DNA of 64,000 nucleotides from Euglena gracilis (taxonomy: Eukaryota): the NCBI GenBank assembly GCA_039621445.1, contig CP154954.1:44495847-44559846 (forward strand). Reading direction: 5' to 3'. Made by a program: the position numbers and the translations under genes. Positions 49,548-61,138 of the stretch are shown one piece after another (positions within the stretch are counted from its first letter, which is position 1; the number at the start of each line of letters is the position of its first letter). The notes under the pieces were generated by a model. That model saw only the letters and a program-made list of their open reading frames with translations. It ran no database searches and had not been told where the DNA came from.

Positions 49548-51096
49548 TACATAGTGGGCATTTTTTTTTTGCTTTTTTTTATAATAAAAAAAACAAAACA
49601 ACATATTTTTTTTAAAAAAAAACTAAAAAAAACATAAAAAAAACAAAAGGTAAATTTCATTGGAAAAACTCGTTATGAAACTCCCAAACCATACTTTGAA
49701 TCCTACTCAGTTCAAAACTGCCAAAAATGGTCAAAAACATCCCAAAATGCAACAAAAATGGAACTTTATGACTTTTTTCATTTTTGTGGAAGGAAGTTTT
49801 TGGCAGAAATTACCCAGAAGTTGCCAAAATGATTGAAACCGTGTTTGGGCCGATTTCGAGACTTTAAAAGTCTTAAATCTTCGCCCAAAACACGGTTTCA
49901 AACAAGAAAAGTGTTTTGGGCCAAGGTTTTAGGGGGGCCCAGGGGCGACCACGGCGCCTTCGGCGCCGCGGTCCCCGCCCCTGGGCTCCCCCTAACTCTG
50001 GCCCAAACACAGTTCTTGACACAGAAAATGTTCATTCAAAAAATTTTCCATGCAAAACCCACTGGGCTTTTTTTTTGTGTTTTGTTTTAAAAAAACATTG
50101 TTAGAATTAAAAAAAAACAAAAAAAACAGGCCGCCATGGTCGACTAGTCGATTATTCGTTTGGACCCCAAAACAGGATTAATTGTTCATGCCCAAAACGA
50201 TTAGTCGTGAACAGATTTGCCTTTTATCAAATTGGAGTGATGCCTAGCATTTAGGGGGTATTTCTGGTGAACAAGGAAGACATCACAAAGATGAAGGCTG
50301 CCACAAAGGGGATCTACTAATTGACAGATTGAGGCGGTAGCCTCTGCAATCGCGGCGAAATGTGAGATTCGGTTTCTCAGTATGACTTGCCAGGTTGAAT
50401 TAAGACTTGCCTTTTCTGGTTGCTATCAAGCAATCAGAAAGCACGCCATCGCCAAGCATCAGGAGCCGAATGGAGGACTTCGAGGGCCTCGAACCCCAGG
50501 GCTAATGCCCCCTGGCGGAGTGAAGCAGAAGCACAGGCGAGAAAGTGACATCCTTGAAAGCCACACACTCTTAAAGAATTTTCTCCCCCTTGAAATTTCT
50601 GGTTGCTTTTAGTGGGCTTTGCTCATTTTCATTCCCACAAAGCACATATTAGTTGTAAATAACTCTCACCACCTACGGTGTCGTGAACCGTTAACCCTTC
50701 ACCCGCGCTTTGCAAATGTTGTAAATGGAATGCCCCATCGAGTCCCCTCGGGATGACATGGATTGTACACTTCTGTCCCGCCGGAGCCCCATGTATATAC
50801 AAGGTACACGCCGATGTATATATTTTCATCGACGTGAAGACATCGCAACAACAAACTAGTTCAATAAATATCACCCCTGTTTTGAGGTTGTTACTAGCTC
50901 AGCAGTATCAGGTTTGAAGAATGAGTAGGATTGTTTTTTTCGGAAAAATATAAAAAATTTCGGAAAAATTTCGGAAAAGTTTTGGAAAAATATTTTATAT
51001 AAGGGAAAGTGACCTCACGGTTGAGAACACCCGAGAACTGCCCCCGAGGCCCTGCCCATGCCCTCTTTTTGCCCCGTAGGTCGCGAAGAGGAGTTA

Positions 51097-51579
51097 GGAG
51101 GCTAGGCGCGCCGCTCGGGGGGGTCCGGGACCCCCCCCCCACCCCCCCCCCCTCCCCCCCCGCGCGGCCCCCTGCGCGGCCGCCCGCGCGGCCGCTCGCC
51201 CCCCCCCTGGACCCCCCCTCCCCCCACTGTGCCTAGCATGGCCAAGAAAAAAATTTTTGGTGAAAAAATCGCGATCTTTTGAGGCCCAAAAATGACCAAA
51301 AATGACCATTTTCGGACACAAAATGGCAAATTTGGGGGCCGCGCACTCTGCGCGCGGCCAAAAAAGCACTTTTTTGGTCAAAAAAAATGCCCAAAAATGG
51401 CAAAAAATGACCACTTTTTGGACCCGAAAATCACCGATTTTAGGATGCGTTCCGCCCGCGCGGCCGCCCTCGGACCCCCCTCCCCTCCCCCCCCCCCTCG
51501 CGCGGCCGCCCGCGCGGCCGCTCGCCCCCCCCCTCAGCCCCCCCCCCCCCCCCCACCCCCCCCACTGTGCCTAGCCTCC
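51097..51579. mobile_element. Harbinger/Tourist-like MITE, copy 2
   Basis: Near-identical to 44811-45242; TSD TTA. Confidence 0.85.
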
Positions 51580-52665
51580 TTAGTTCCGAGTTTGTCGCGA
51601 CGATGAGTTCGGGTGTCAGATGAGAAATCGCCAAATGGCATGCTTTCCGTGGCGTCTCATGAAAAAAAAAGTGCTGAGAATGGAGAGGATAAAAAAAACT
51701 TCTTCCTCATTATGTCTAGTTGAAAGAAAAATAAATTTCAATATTTTTCCACGCGGAAAAATAAAAAAAAATATTTTTCCTGGAAAAATTTCGGAAATTT
51801 TTCCATTTTATTTTTCGAAAAAATTTCAGGTACAATCCTAAGAATGAGAAAGCGTTTATATGTAGTAAGTTATTTTTCCATCCTCCAATTTACTCTGCAA
51901 ACCCATGTTGTCCTTGGGCACCGCACACCGAGGAAATTTTTATTTCACGTCCTCATTAGGCTTCCCGATAAGGATAAATTTGACAATAAGTGGGGGTGGT
52001 ATCTGGAGCTTAAGTGCGTAATTTGGGTTAGTGTGACTCTTCCAGGGGTCCATGATGCAAGAAAGCAAAGAAAAGCTGTCCCTCCTGCCCTTTGCCTTTC
52101 TGTAAGTTCAATTTTGGGCCGGTGCAGAAAGAGTGGGCACAACTTGCACGTAAATGTGTGCTTCCCACCAACATCTTTCAAAAAAAGATTCCCACCCAGC
52201 TCTTCTCAGAAAACACGGTGGAATGGAGCAAGTAAATTCTAAGGGTGAAAATAGTCGACTATTCGTCGGATAGGGGAGATTAATTGGTTTTATTCGTTCA
52301 CGAGGTTGAACGAACAGCATTTGTCCAACCTTACACATTTTAAGGACGTAGTTTCGGACCCCAAGAGGTGCGCACATTTTAGGGCACTGCGCACTTTTTA
52401 GGGCAAAACCCAAAATACTTGATTTTTTGCCACTCTTTTTCAGTTTTTCCTCCTTGTTGTGATGTCAAGCAACAAATCAAGTGATTTGGGTTCAGAAGAC
52501 AGAAGCATTTGGTCTGGGGAGGACACTTCTGAGAAGGAATTATCAAGCCAGTCTGATGAACCAGAGGCCAAACGAGTTTGAATTGATTTTGATTTCGAGA
52601 AGCAGATGGCCATTTGCAGGTGAATTAATCTTTCACAAGGACCTTCAACTTTTTTTGAATTTCAG

Positions 52666-55034
52666 ATGTGCAAAGAACACGAGCATTTCAAAGGTCGCCA
52701 GAGATCATCAGATTAATTGTCGAAGGGTCCATAGGATGTTGCAAAAGATGCTTCATCTGGAGGAGATGGAACGCAAAGGGCAGTCGATGTGGGGTGTCAC
52801 GCGCATGAGTGGGTCTGGTCGACCAGCTCACCATCCAGCCCTTGATCAGTTGGTGCTGGATTGGATGCAAAAAAAAGCCATCAAGGTGTTTGGGGGTGTT
52901 CTCCCCGCATCCCCCCGCGTCCCCTCCCCGCGTCCCCCCCCCCCGCGTCCCGGATTTTGGCCTGGCACATTTTTTGGTTGACCAAAGGAAAAGTGCATAC
53001 AAATTTGGGTGACGCCAAAGAAATTGTGTGGGGTTGTTGGGCCATGGTTCCCCCCCGCGTCGCCCCCGCGTCCCCCCTCGCGTCTCCCCCCGCGTCCCGA
53101 ACCACCCCCTTCAGCTTTAATGCAAGGATCTAATCCCATTCTCACCAGGTCTGCAACTTTAGCAAAGGCCGCAGAGATTTGAGTTGCAAACGGCCAACGC
53201 CCCCCAAAAGAGAAATGGCTGCGAACGTTCCTCGCCCGATATCGACTGTCTTTGAAGACACCAAAATGCGCAGGTGACCCTCTTGCGCATTAAAGTGACG
53301 ACAATTAAATTGATAGCGCAATAATTGGCAGACCGGTAATTGGGGGCCACAAGCGATTAACCGTTTCCTCAATTAACCATGGTTAATTGGTTGTGATGGT
53401 GATTGATACCACCCCCCCCCCCATATTGTCCCACCGACCTCTCCCCAGGAGGCCCGCCGGGACAATATGGGGGGGGGGGGGACAATATGGGGGTACCAAA
53501 GGAAATTTCATTGACCGAGCCAAAAAAAACCCCTCGTCGGCCGGGCCGAGGGACAATATGGGGGGGGGACAATATGGGGGGGGGGGTGGTAGGTCGCAAG
53601 TGGGGTATCAAATTGGGTATGTTGTCATCTTGAATACCGATGGAGCGTTGGGGCAATTTTGGGGTCATTCTGAAGGAGGCTAGCGCTCGGGGGGGTCCCG
53701 GACCCCCCCCCCCGCGCGGCCCCTGCGCGGCCACCAGCGCGGCCGCTCGCCCCCCTTCCGCCCCCCCCCCCCAACTGTGCCTAGCATAAAACTGACCTGG
53801 GGGTTTCGGACCCCCCCTCCCCCCCCCACGCGGCCGCCCGCGCGGCCGCTCGCCCCCCTCAGCCCCCAGCCCCCCCCCCCGATGTGCCTAGCCTCCGAAG
53901 CCTTCGGTGCTTCACCATGTGTTGCTGAATGGTTTGCGAAGTTGTGACCCTCTCCCAACCCCCATGGGTCACACTCTGAAATTCTGAACGGAGACAAAAT
54001 GATGGACGTATTGCGGGTCTGAGGTAGGAAAAATATCCCAACAAGGCGCTTGAAGAAGGAAATCAAACAATTTCCATACATAGACAGTCCTTGTTGTCGC
54101 CGCAGTGAAGGAAAACAGGATGTGTTTCAACCGCAATCTCAATGCTAGGCGAGGGAAGCCTAAACCCCCTTTGAACACACAAAAGCTCTACATCCCCCCA
54201 CACGCACTTTGTCCTGAGTCCGGGGGGGGGGGGGCACAGAGTTTGTCCGAAGGACAAAGTCCGTGCCTCCCCCCCCCCCCGGACTCGGGACAAAGTCCGT
54301 GTAGGAAGGGTCTTGCTACAAGTCCGTGTACTGCCCCCCTCTGACTCAGGACAAAGTTGGTGTATCCTAATGAGGAACATTACTATCACTCGGGGTACAT
54401 TTGTCTGTGTCTTCACAGCTCCATGTTGCCCGCACAAGTCGTGAACGTCGCTGAGGCTGCCTTGGGACCGTTGCCAACACCTGCGGAGTTGTTGGCAGGG
54501 TTGAAGGTGGCAGTTGAACCCCAGAACACGGAAACTGCGGACACAGTGCTTTTTGGGGATATTTTCAGCCAAACTGTGCCCCAGCCTAAGGGCAGCGTCA
54601 GAAGGGGGATATATTGCCCTTGCCAATTTTCAAAAAGTTTGCGAACAGCGAGGCTATGCCACCACTGATTTGGATGACCTCATGGTGGCGTTTGCAAAGT
54701 GGGTGCTTTCGGTACACGGTTTGCATGGCGCAGAAGCCGAGAAGATTGCAACGAAGGCACACATCATCCATCACACTCCATCACAAAGGCTACCGCGGTT
54801 GTGATGGAGAACCTACCCAACCCCTTCCCCTGCGGCCTCAAAGCTGAGACCACAAAAGACCGCATGGATGGCAAGCGCCCTATGGACTGTGACTCGTGCC
54901 ACAAATTTTGGCACCTCGATTGCGCAGGCCGTTCTATGCCCCCTCCCCGCAACAGTTGGTGTTGTCCTCATTGCGTCGGCCAGGAGATGCCTCCCTTGCC
55001 AGCTCGTGTCGAGAACATGAAGCGAAAGCAATGA
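52666..55034 (+). pseudogene. Decayed pogo/Tigger-type transposase with C-terminal PHD finger
   Basis: CENP-B-type HTH SGRPAHHPALDQLVLDWM...TRSATLAKAAEI*...KWLRTFLARYRLSLKTP (52666-53270); degenerate DDE start (AEWFAKL*, EILNGDK, TVLVVAAV; ~53920-54170); PHD CDSCHKFWHLDC...WCCPHC (~54885-54975). Has stops, frameshifts and MITE insertions. Linkage of the PHD part is inferred. Confidence 0.65.
53675..53896. mobile_element. Harbinger/Tourist-like MITE, copy 3 (internally deleted)
   Basis: Same ends; TSD GAA. Confidence 0.75.
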
Positions 55035-56813
55035 GGGGGACACCAACTGTCTGCTACCGTTTTTTCCCCTGGAGACATTCAGTGGCACTACGAGTCCCTT
55101 GACCAGGTTTTTACGGTAGCTGCTCCCCATTCCCTCCGTGCCGCGTCCCAACAGCAAGAGGATGATTGTTCTGGGGATCCATTCGCATTCGTACGGGTGG
55201 TGGAAACATGAAGGTGGCCATTGGTGGAAATGGGGGGGGTACCCCCCCCATATTGTCCCCCCCCATATTGTCCCTCGGCCCGGCCGACGAGGGGTTTTTT
55301 TGGCTCGGTCAATGAAATTTCCTTTGGTACCCCATATTGTCCCCCCCCATATTGTCCCGTCGGGCCTCATCGGGAGAGGTCGGTGGGACAATATGGGGGG
55401 GGTGGTACACCGGACTCAGGACAAAGTCCGCACCCCCCCTATAGGTGTAGGAACAATTTTTTCCGGGGGGGGGGGGCGAGCCAAAAAAATTTCCTTGGCA
55501 CGACCAAAATGTATTTTTTTCTGTCCTCCTGGCCCCGAAGGGGCCGAGACCATGGGCTTTTTTAGCCTTTGGAATCCCTCCCCTGGGGGGGAGGGGTAGG
55601 GTTGGTGGGTCCCTTGGACCCCTCTCCCCTTTAGGGGGGGGGGGGGGTTGGGGCTGTGGGTGTATCTTTTTTGGCGCTGAAGGCGCCAAATTTTTTGGAA
55701 AAGGTGCTATTTTTGGCACTTTTTGGCCATTTTCGGGCAAAAGTGGGTGGGTCTTCCGGGACCCCCTCCCCCCGGGGGGTTCCACCCCAGGGGGTGGGTG
55801 AGTGGGTGCCGACCCCCTCCTCCCCCCAGTCTTAAAAAAACCGGGGCCCAGGCACAGGGGGGAGGGGGGGTCCCGGACCTCCCCGTTCACTTCTGAACTG
55901 AACTGGACATGTTGACTTCCTGGAGGAGGGTGGGTCCGGCGCCGAAGGCGCCGAATTTTTTTTGAAAAATGCCCTACCCAGCCTCCAATGCCAAAAAAAA
56001 AAAAACTTGAAAGCGAAATCATGGGCAGAATCCCAAAAAAACAATTAGTATCAAAGGACGAGCCTCAAGGGCTTTATTTCGGCCGCCAAAGGCGGCCGAG
56101 ACGGTAATGGATTTTGCAGTTTCATTTTCTAGAAATGTGATTTTAATTAAAAAGGTGGCTGCCGAAGGCAGCCTAGATGGTAACGCCCTTTGAACCATTG
56201 ATCATGTCATTGCAAAGGAAACTACAGCTAACACCCATATTCTTGAGTCAAGAATGACAAAATCTTTGACATGAATTTAACTGAATTTTTGAATTTTTTT
56301 GACAAGATCTTTGGAATTTTTAGACAAAATTTTAGGAAGATTTTGACCAATTCCAGAAATATTTTGACAAAATTTTTGAAGCGTTCTGGACAAAATCTTC
56401 GATCCATTGTGGGCGCGATTTTTGGGCATCCGCATTTTTCTGGGGAGACATTTGCCACTGGTGGAATGGGAGGAAGAGTCACGTTCATTGTGCTACAGGA
56501 TGTTAAAATATACTACACCAACAAAGAATGTGAAATGGTGGATGGAACTGATGAAAGTGGCCAAAAACAGAAAATGGCGACCCGTCTGAAAGTTCCCCCC
56601 CCCAAAAAATCGAGTCCCAGGAAAGCGTGGATCACTGCAAGGAGGGGAACATGAAGCCAAGGGGAGCCATTTTTAGCAGGGTCACTTGCGACGAGGGCGC
56701 AAATTGTTGAGTTGGGCAGCTGGGCTGCAAGCTCAGCATCCAAACGCTCAGCTATGGCATCAACAGCCTCGGCCGGAGCGTCGTCATGACGCTCGGTGTC
56801 CAGGCCATCATCT

Positions 56814-59146
56814 GGAGATCAGGCAGTAGACTTTGGTAATTTTGACCCCCCTCCCCCCCTCTATGGTGAAGTTCACCGTTTGAAAGTTCACCGGGGGCTC
56901 CCGGACCCCCTCCCCCCCCCCCTCTGCCTAACCCATCGGTGAACTTCACCGGTGAAGTTCACCAAGAGAGCACTTTTTTGGAGGAGCCCACACCGCGGTT
57001 ATCACCGCGGTTACACCGCGGTTACACCGCGGTTACGTGGGCAAGGTGCCTTGCAAGGTGGTGGAGGCAGAGTTTCGGGGGCGTCGGGAAAATGGGAAAT
57101 CCCCCCAAAGTAAGACCACCCGAAAAAACGGTAACCCCCAAATACCCCCCCCCCCGGTGTGTTCATTTTGGATGAGCTGGGGCCCCAGGGGGTAGGGTGG
57201 TGACATTGGTGAAAAGTGGTCGGAAAGATAAGTAAAAAATCGTGAAATTTGGTGAAATTTCAAGTGCCGGAAATTTCAGTCACCACCCTAGGGGGGGGGG
57301 GGTGTTATTTGGGTGTGTGTGGTATTTGACACATGGAAAACCAAAGGAAAACAGGGGGGTGTTATTTTGGCGCTCAAAATCAGCCCCAGAGGGGGGGGTT
57401 ATTTGGGGGATGCTATTTGGGGGGGGTGTTATTTGGGGGGGTTTACTCCTTTGCTAAATGACCCACTTCTAAAAACGCCAAGTCAGTTCTCTTGAGGCCA
57501 GAAACGGGTCATTATGAGGTTATTTGAAGGAGTCGAGTTAGGGTTTATATCGAAAACTGTGTCCCAGACGCCGGTTCGGGCGGGAAACCTGTGCCTGGGA
57601 CGCCGGTTCGGGCGGTAGCCCGAACCGGCGTCCCAGGCACAGGTTTCCCGCCCGAACCGGCGTCTGGGACACAGTGTTTGAAACCGTGGCTAGGGGGCTC
57701 CGTTTTCATGCCCGAACCGGCGGCTAGGGAATCACGGCCAATTTCGCCCAAAATACCCATGTTTGGGGCAGTTTTGGGCGATTTTGGCCCAACTGGGCCG
57801 CCGGTCAAAAATGGCAGACTCCACACTTATGAAGCCATGTTACCCATTAATCGAAAGCTCTTCTCAAGAGCTTTCGACAGATAATCACAGGATTCGGCCA
57901 TAATGCACGCAGCGCTTATTTTCAGCGATCGTGTAGTCCAAAATTTGACATCCTAATTTGTCAAATCCCACAGTTCAGGTTGCAAATTGCATATCAAACG
58001 AAAAGGTCTCGCCAACACCTTTCGCTTGGTACCCACAGAACTCAGCCAGACTACAAAGCGACCTCAAAATCAGCGATCGCATTTTTCCGCATTTTTCAGA
58101 CCCCATTTGCATATCTGAAATTCCACTTTTCAGCAGCCATGTTACCCATCGATCGAAAGCTCTTCTCAAGGGCTTTCAGCAGATGGCCTTAGATTTCAGC
58201 CATGCTGTGTGGTATTCTATTTCAGAAATTCTCCAAAATTGGCCAAAAGGAAACTTTTCCTCAAAAAACCCCAATTTTTGGCCCAAGACCACCCAAAAAC
58301 TGCGCAAATGTGATTACCACATGTCTACAAACCCTTTTGGACACTTTTTGGCACTTTTATTTTGGGTCCCCCAGACGCCGGTTTCCCGCCCGAACCGGCG
58401 TCTGGGACGCCGGTTCGGCGCAGAAATTTCCCGCCCGAACCGGCGTCCCAGACGCCGGTTCGGGCATGAAAACGGAGCCCCCAGACACGGTTTCAAGGTT
58501 CTTGCAAACAGTTTAACCCTTCTCGCTGAACGTCGCGGGGGGGGGGGGTCGGGGGGGGGACGTGGCAGTTTTGACGGGTCACGTGTGACCTGTGTGACCT
58601 CACACACAACGTCAGATGTGACCTACTTTTAGAACTTTTGTGTCCAAAAATAGATCCAATTAGGAATTTATCACACATTTGGGCAATTTTGATTCCTAAT
58701 TTGGGTGCTAATTCCTAATTAGGTGCCATTTTTTGGCTCCTACTGGGATGCGGAAACCCTCCATGTGGGGGTCGCGGGGATTGCGAGGGGTACACCCCTC
58801 TTGTTCTTGTTCTCACCGCGGTTACTCCGCAGTTACACCGCGGTTACACCGCGGTTATCTGGGCTCCTCCTTTGGCCAAAAATGGCCAAAAATGGCATTT
58901 TGGGCAAGTTTTCGGAAATTTCGACAAAATTCCATGAAGCATCAACCTTAAAATGATCATTTTGAGAGGAAAGGAGCAAAATTTTACCCATGAAAATTTC
59001 ACCCCCAACCATCAAAACGGTGAAGTTCACCGGTGAACTTCACCGGTGAACTTCACCGCCGAAAGTACCCCCCCCCCCAGTGAATGTTCACCGGTGAACT
59101 TCACCGGGGGGTCCACAGCCCCCCCCCCCACCCCTGCCTAACCTCC
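56814..59146. mobile_element. Tourist-like element (GGAGATCAGGCAG / CTGCCTAACCTCC) with nested insertions
   Basis: Same ends as 59502-59681; GGTGAA(C/G)TTCACC palindromic arrays; flanks TCT/ACT. Confidence 0.55.
57545..58500. mobile_element. Second member of the CGCCCGAACCGGCG-array family
   Basis: Collinear similarity to 46405-47560 at both arms. Confidence 0.6.
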
Positions 59147-59820
59147 ACTGCATCACATAGGAGGGATTTTCTTTTTCAACGAAGTCACAGACTTCAATTG
59201 TAAGCCCCACCGAAGTCGAAACCTTCAGACCCAGTCATCGTTCACTTTAAACTGCTCGGCAGGGGGCAGAGTTTGCAATCTTTCAATGGTGTGCATCCGC
59301 AGCATGTAAGTTGTGACCTTTAGCCCTTGCACCCGACGAGCAATGACCCACTTCCAGATCTCGCTTTTTGTCTTCTCAAAGGGAGTCGGTCGCCCAGCGC
59401 CCAGTTTTTCGGTGTCTCTTTTCAAACCTATGTTGTATGTGTGCGCTTCGGTTCTTCGTCTTTCAGCTTTCATGATGGGATCTTCTGTGGTTGGACCCTC
59501 AGGAGATCAGGCAGTGAACTTTGGGTTTTTCGGGCGGGACCCCCCCCACTCCCCCCCCGTCTTCATTGGAAATACATGGCGGTGAACTTCACCGGTGAAG
59601 TTCACCGGTGAAGTTTCTCCATTAAAATTCCTTTAGGGGCGAAGCCCCCACCCCCCCCCCCCCCACCCCTGCCTAACCTCCTCAACACTCCCTCGAGCCA
59701 ACCATTTGCGGAAGTGCTGTGCGCTCAGCTGCTCTGAGTGAGGTGGCGCCCTCCAACGGGCCGCCTGGGCTTGTTCACAGCCTTCATCGATGGCTTCACG
59801 GGCATTGTCGAAGAACCTGG
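59147..59820 (-). pseudogene. pogo/Tc5-type transposase N-terminal remnant (CENP-B HTH)
   Basis: GAGRPTPFEKTKSEIWKWVIARRVQGLKVTTYMLR...FKVNDDWV*RFRLRWGLQLKSVT; frame is restored across MITE 59502-59681. Confidence 0.75.
59502..59681. mobile_element. 180-bp Tourist-like MITE
   Basis: TIR GGAG(AT/GT)(C/T)AGGCAG; perfect TCA TSD. Confidence 0.8.
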
Positions 59821-59874
59821 GAGGCCAAACCGGTCGAAAGTTCCCCCCCCCCCCTAGTTTTCGACTCCGGGGGG

Positions 59875-61138
59875 CATAGGTGCAGAAGTGGGGATCGGGG
59901 GGGGGGGGGCGGCCGCCCCCCCCCGAGATTTTGGAAAGAAAGAATTTTTTTTTGAAAATTGTGTGATTTTCTCACCACATTCTTTGTGCCTTTTCAATTT
60001 ATTACATTAAAAGCTCAACATTCATTGAACCTTTTGGTGGTATTGCTGTTGGAGGTCACTACCGTCTCGCCGCCCTTCGGGCGGCCAAACAAGTCCAAAA
60101 CTCATGGGTCGGAGGGCGAAATTCTTTTTTTTTCAATTGTTTGTGAGTATCTCGCTACCGTCTCGCCGCCCTTCGGGCGGCAACAAGAAACACATACACC
60201 TTGACTTGGCCTCGAAATTTTAAACAGCACACCATTTCTGTTGCAAATTTGGCTTTTTTGGGGGGAAGCCTTTGGGGAAAATGCATTACCGTCTAGCCGC
60301 CCTTCAGGCGGCAATACGTTTTTTTTTTTGTTCCATGCAAAACAGCTCGGAGGGGGCGGGTTTTGGGAGGGAACTCTCATTACCGTCTCTTTTTCCGCAT
60401 TTTGCACTCCTTTTGAAATCCCTTTTTTTGAAATCTCGAAACACAAAAGGCATCACCGTCTCCTGCCGCCCGTTGGGCGGCTTATGTCGAAATTGTGGTG
60501 GATTGTGCCGTGATGTCAAAAATTGCCACATTTTGTGTCACATTCAATGCCATCTTTCAAAAAAAGCGCTGCCGTCTTGCCGCCCTTCGGGCGGCGGAAA
60601 AAAAACAATGGTCACATTAGGCATTTGTCAAGGATCTCCCCCCCCGAGAAAAAATTACTTCCACACCCCTGCAAAACAAGTCCAGAACTCATGGGTCGGA
60701 GGGGACGGAAATCTTTCTTTTTTCAATTTCAGTTGTTGTTCGTGAACTTTTCCATTGCCTTTTCGCCGCCCTTCAGGTGGTAACAAGAAACACATGTATG
60801 TTGACTTGGCTTTTTTTTCAAAATTGAAAGCAAGGCTTTTTTTTGACAAGTTTTGCTCTTTTTGGGGAACCTTTTTGGGAAAATGCATACCGTTCAGCCG
60901 CCCTTTGGGCGGCAACTCTTTTTTTTTTGTTCATCACCTTCCCTTGCGTTGGGCTTGAAAGCTTCCAAATTGTGATGGATTTGTGCCAAAAATTGCCACG
61001 TTTTTTGTCACATTCAATGCCAAAAAGCGCTACCGTCTCGCCGCCCTTCGGGCGGCAAAAGAAAACAACAATGTTGTATTGGGCCTTGTCAAGGATCTCG
61101 CCCCCCCCCCCCGAGAAAAAATTACTTCTACACCCCTG
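59875..61138. mobile_element. hAT-like element with internal hairpin array
   Basis: TIR CATAGGTGCAGAAGT / CAGGGGTGTAGAAGT; perfect 8-bp flanks CCGGGGGG; internal tandem duplication; another left end near 63091. Confidence 0.8.

Noticed and set aside
50629-50930. Possible piggyBac end (TTAACCCTT) or coding fragment
   Set aside because: No matching opposite end and no recognisable protein motif.
57538-57546. TTAGGG telomere-like motif
   Set aside because: Single unit, no array.
60061-61056. CRISPR-like array of palindromic repeats
   Set aside because: Spacing is irregular, the 'spacers' are themselves duplicated (60100-60670 vs 60690-61138), there are no cas genes, and the context is a eukaryotic TE.
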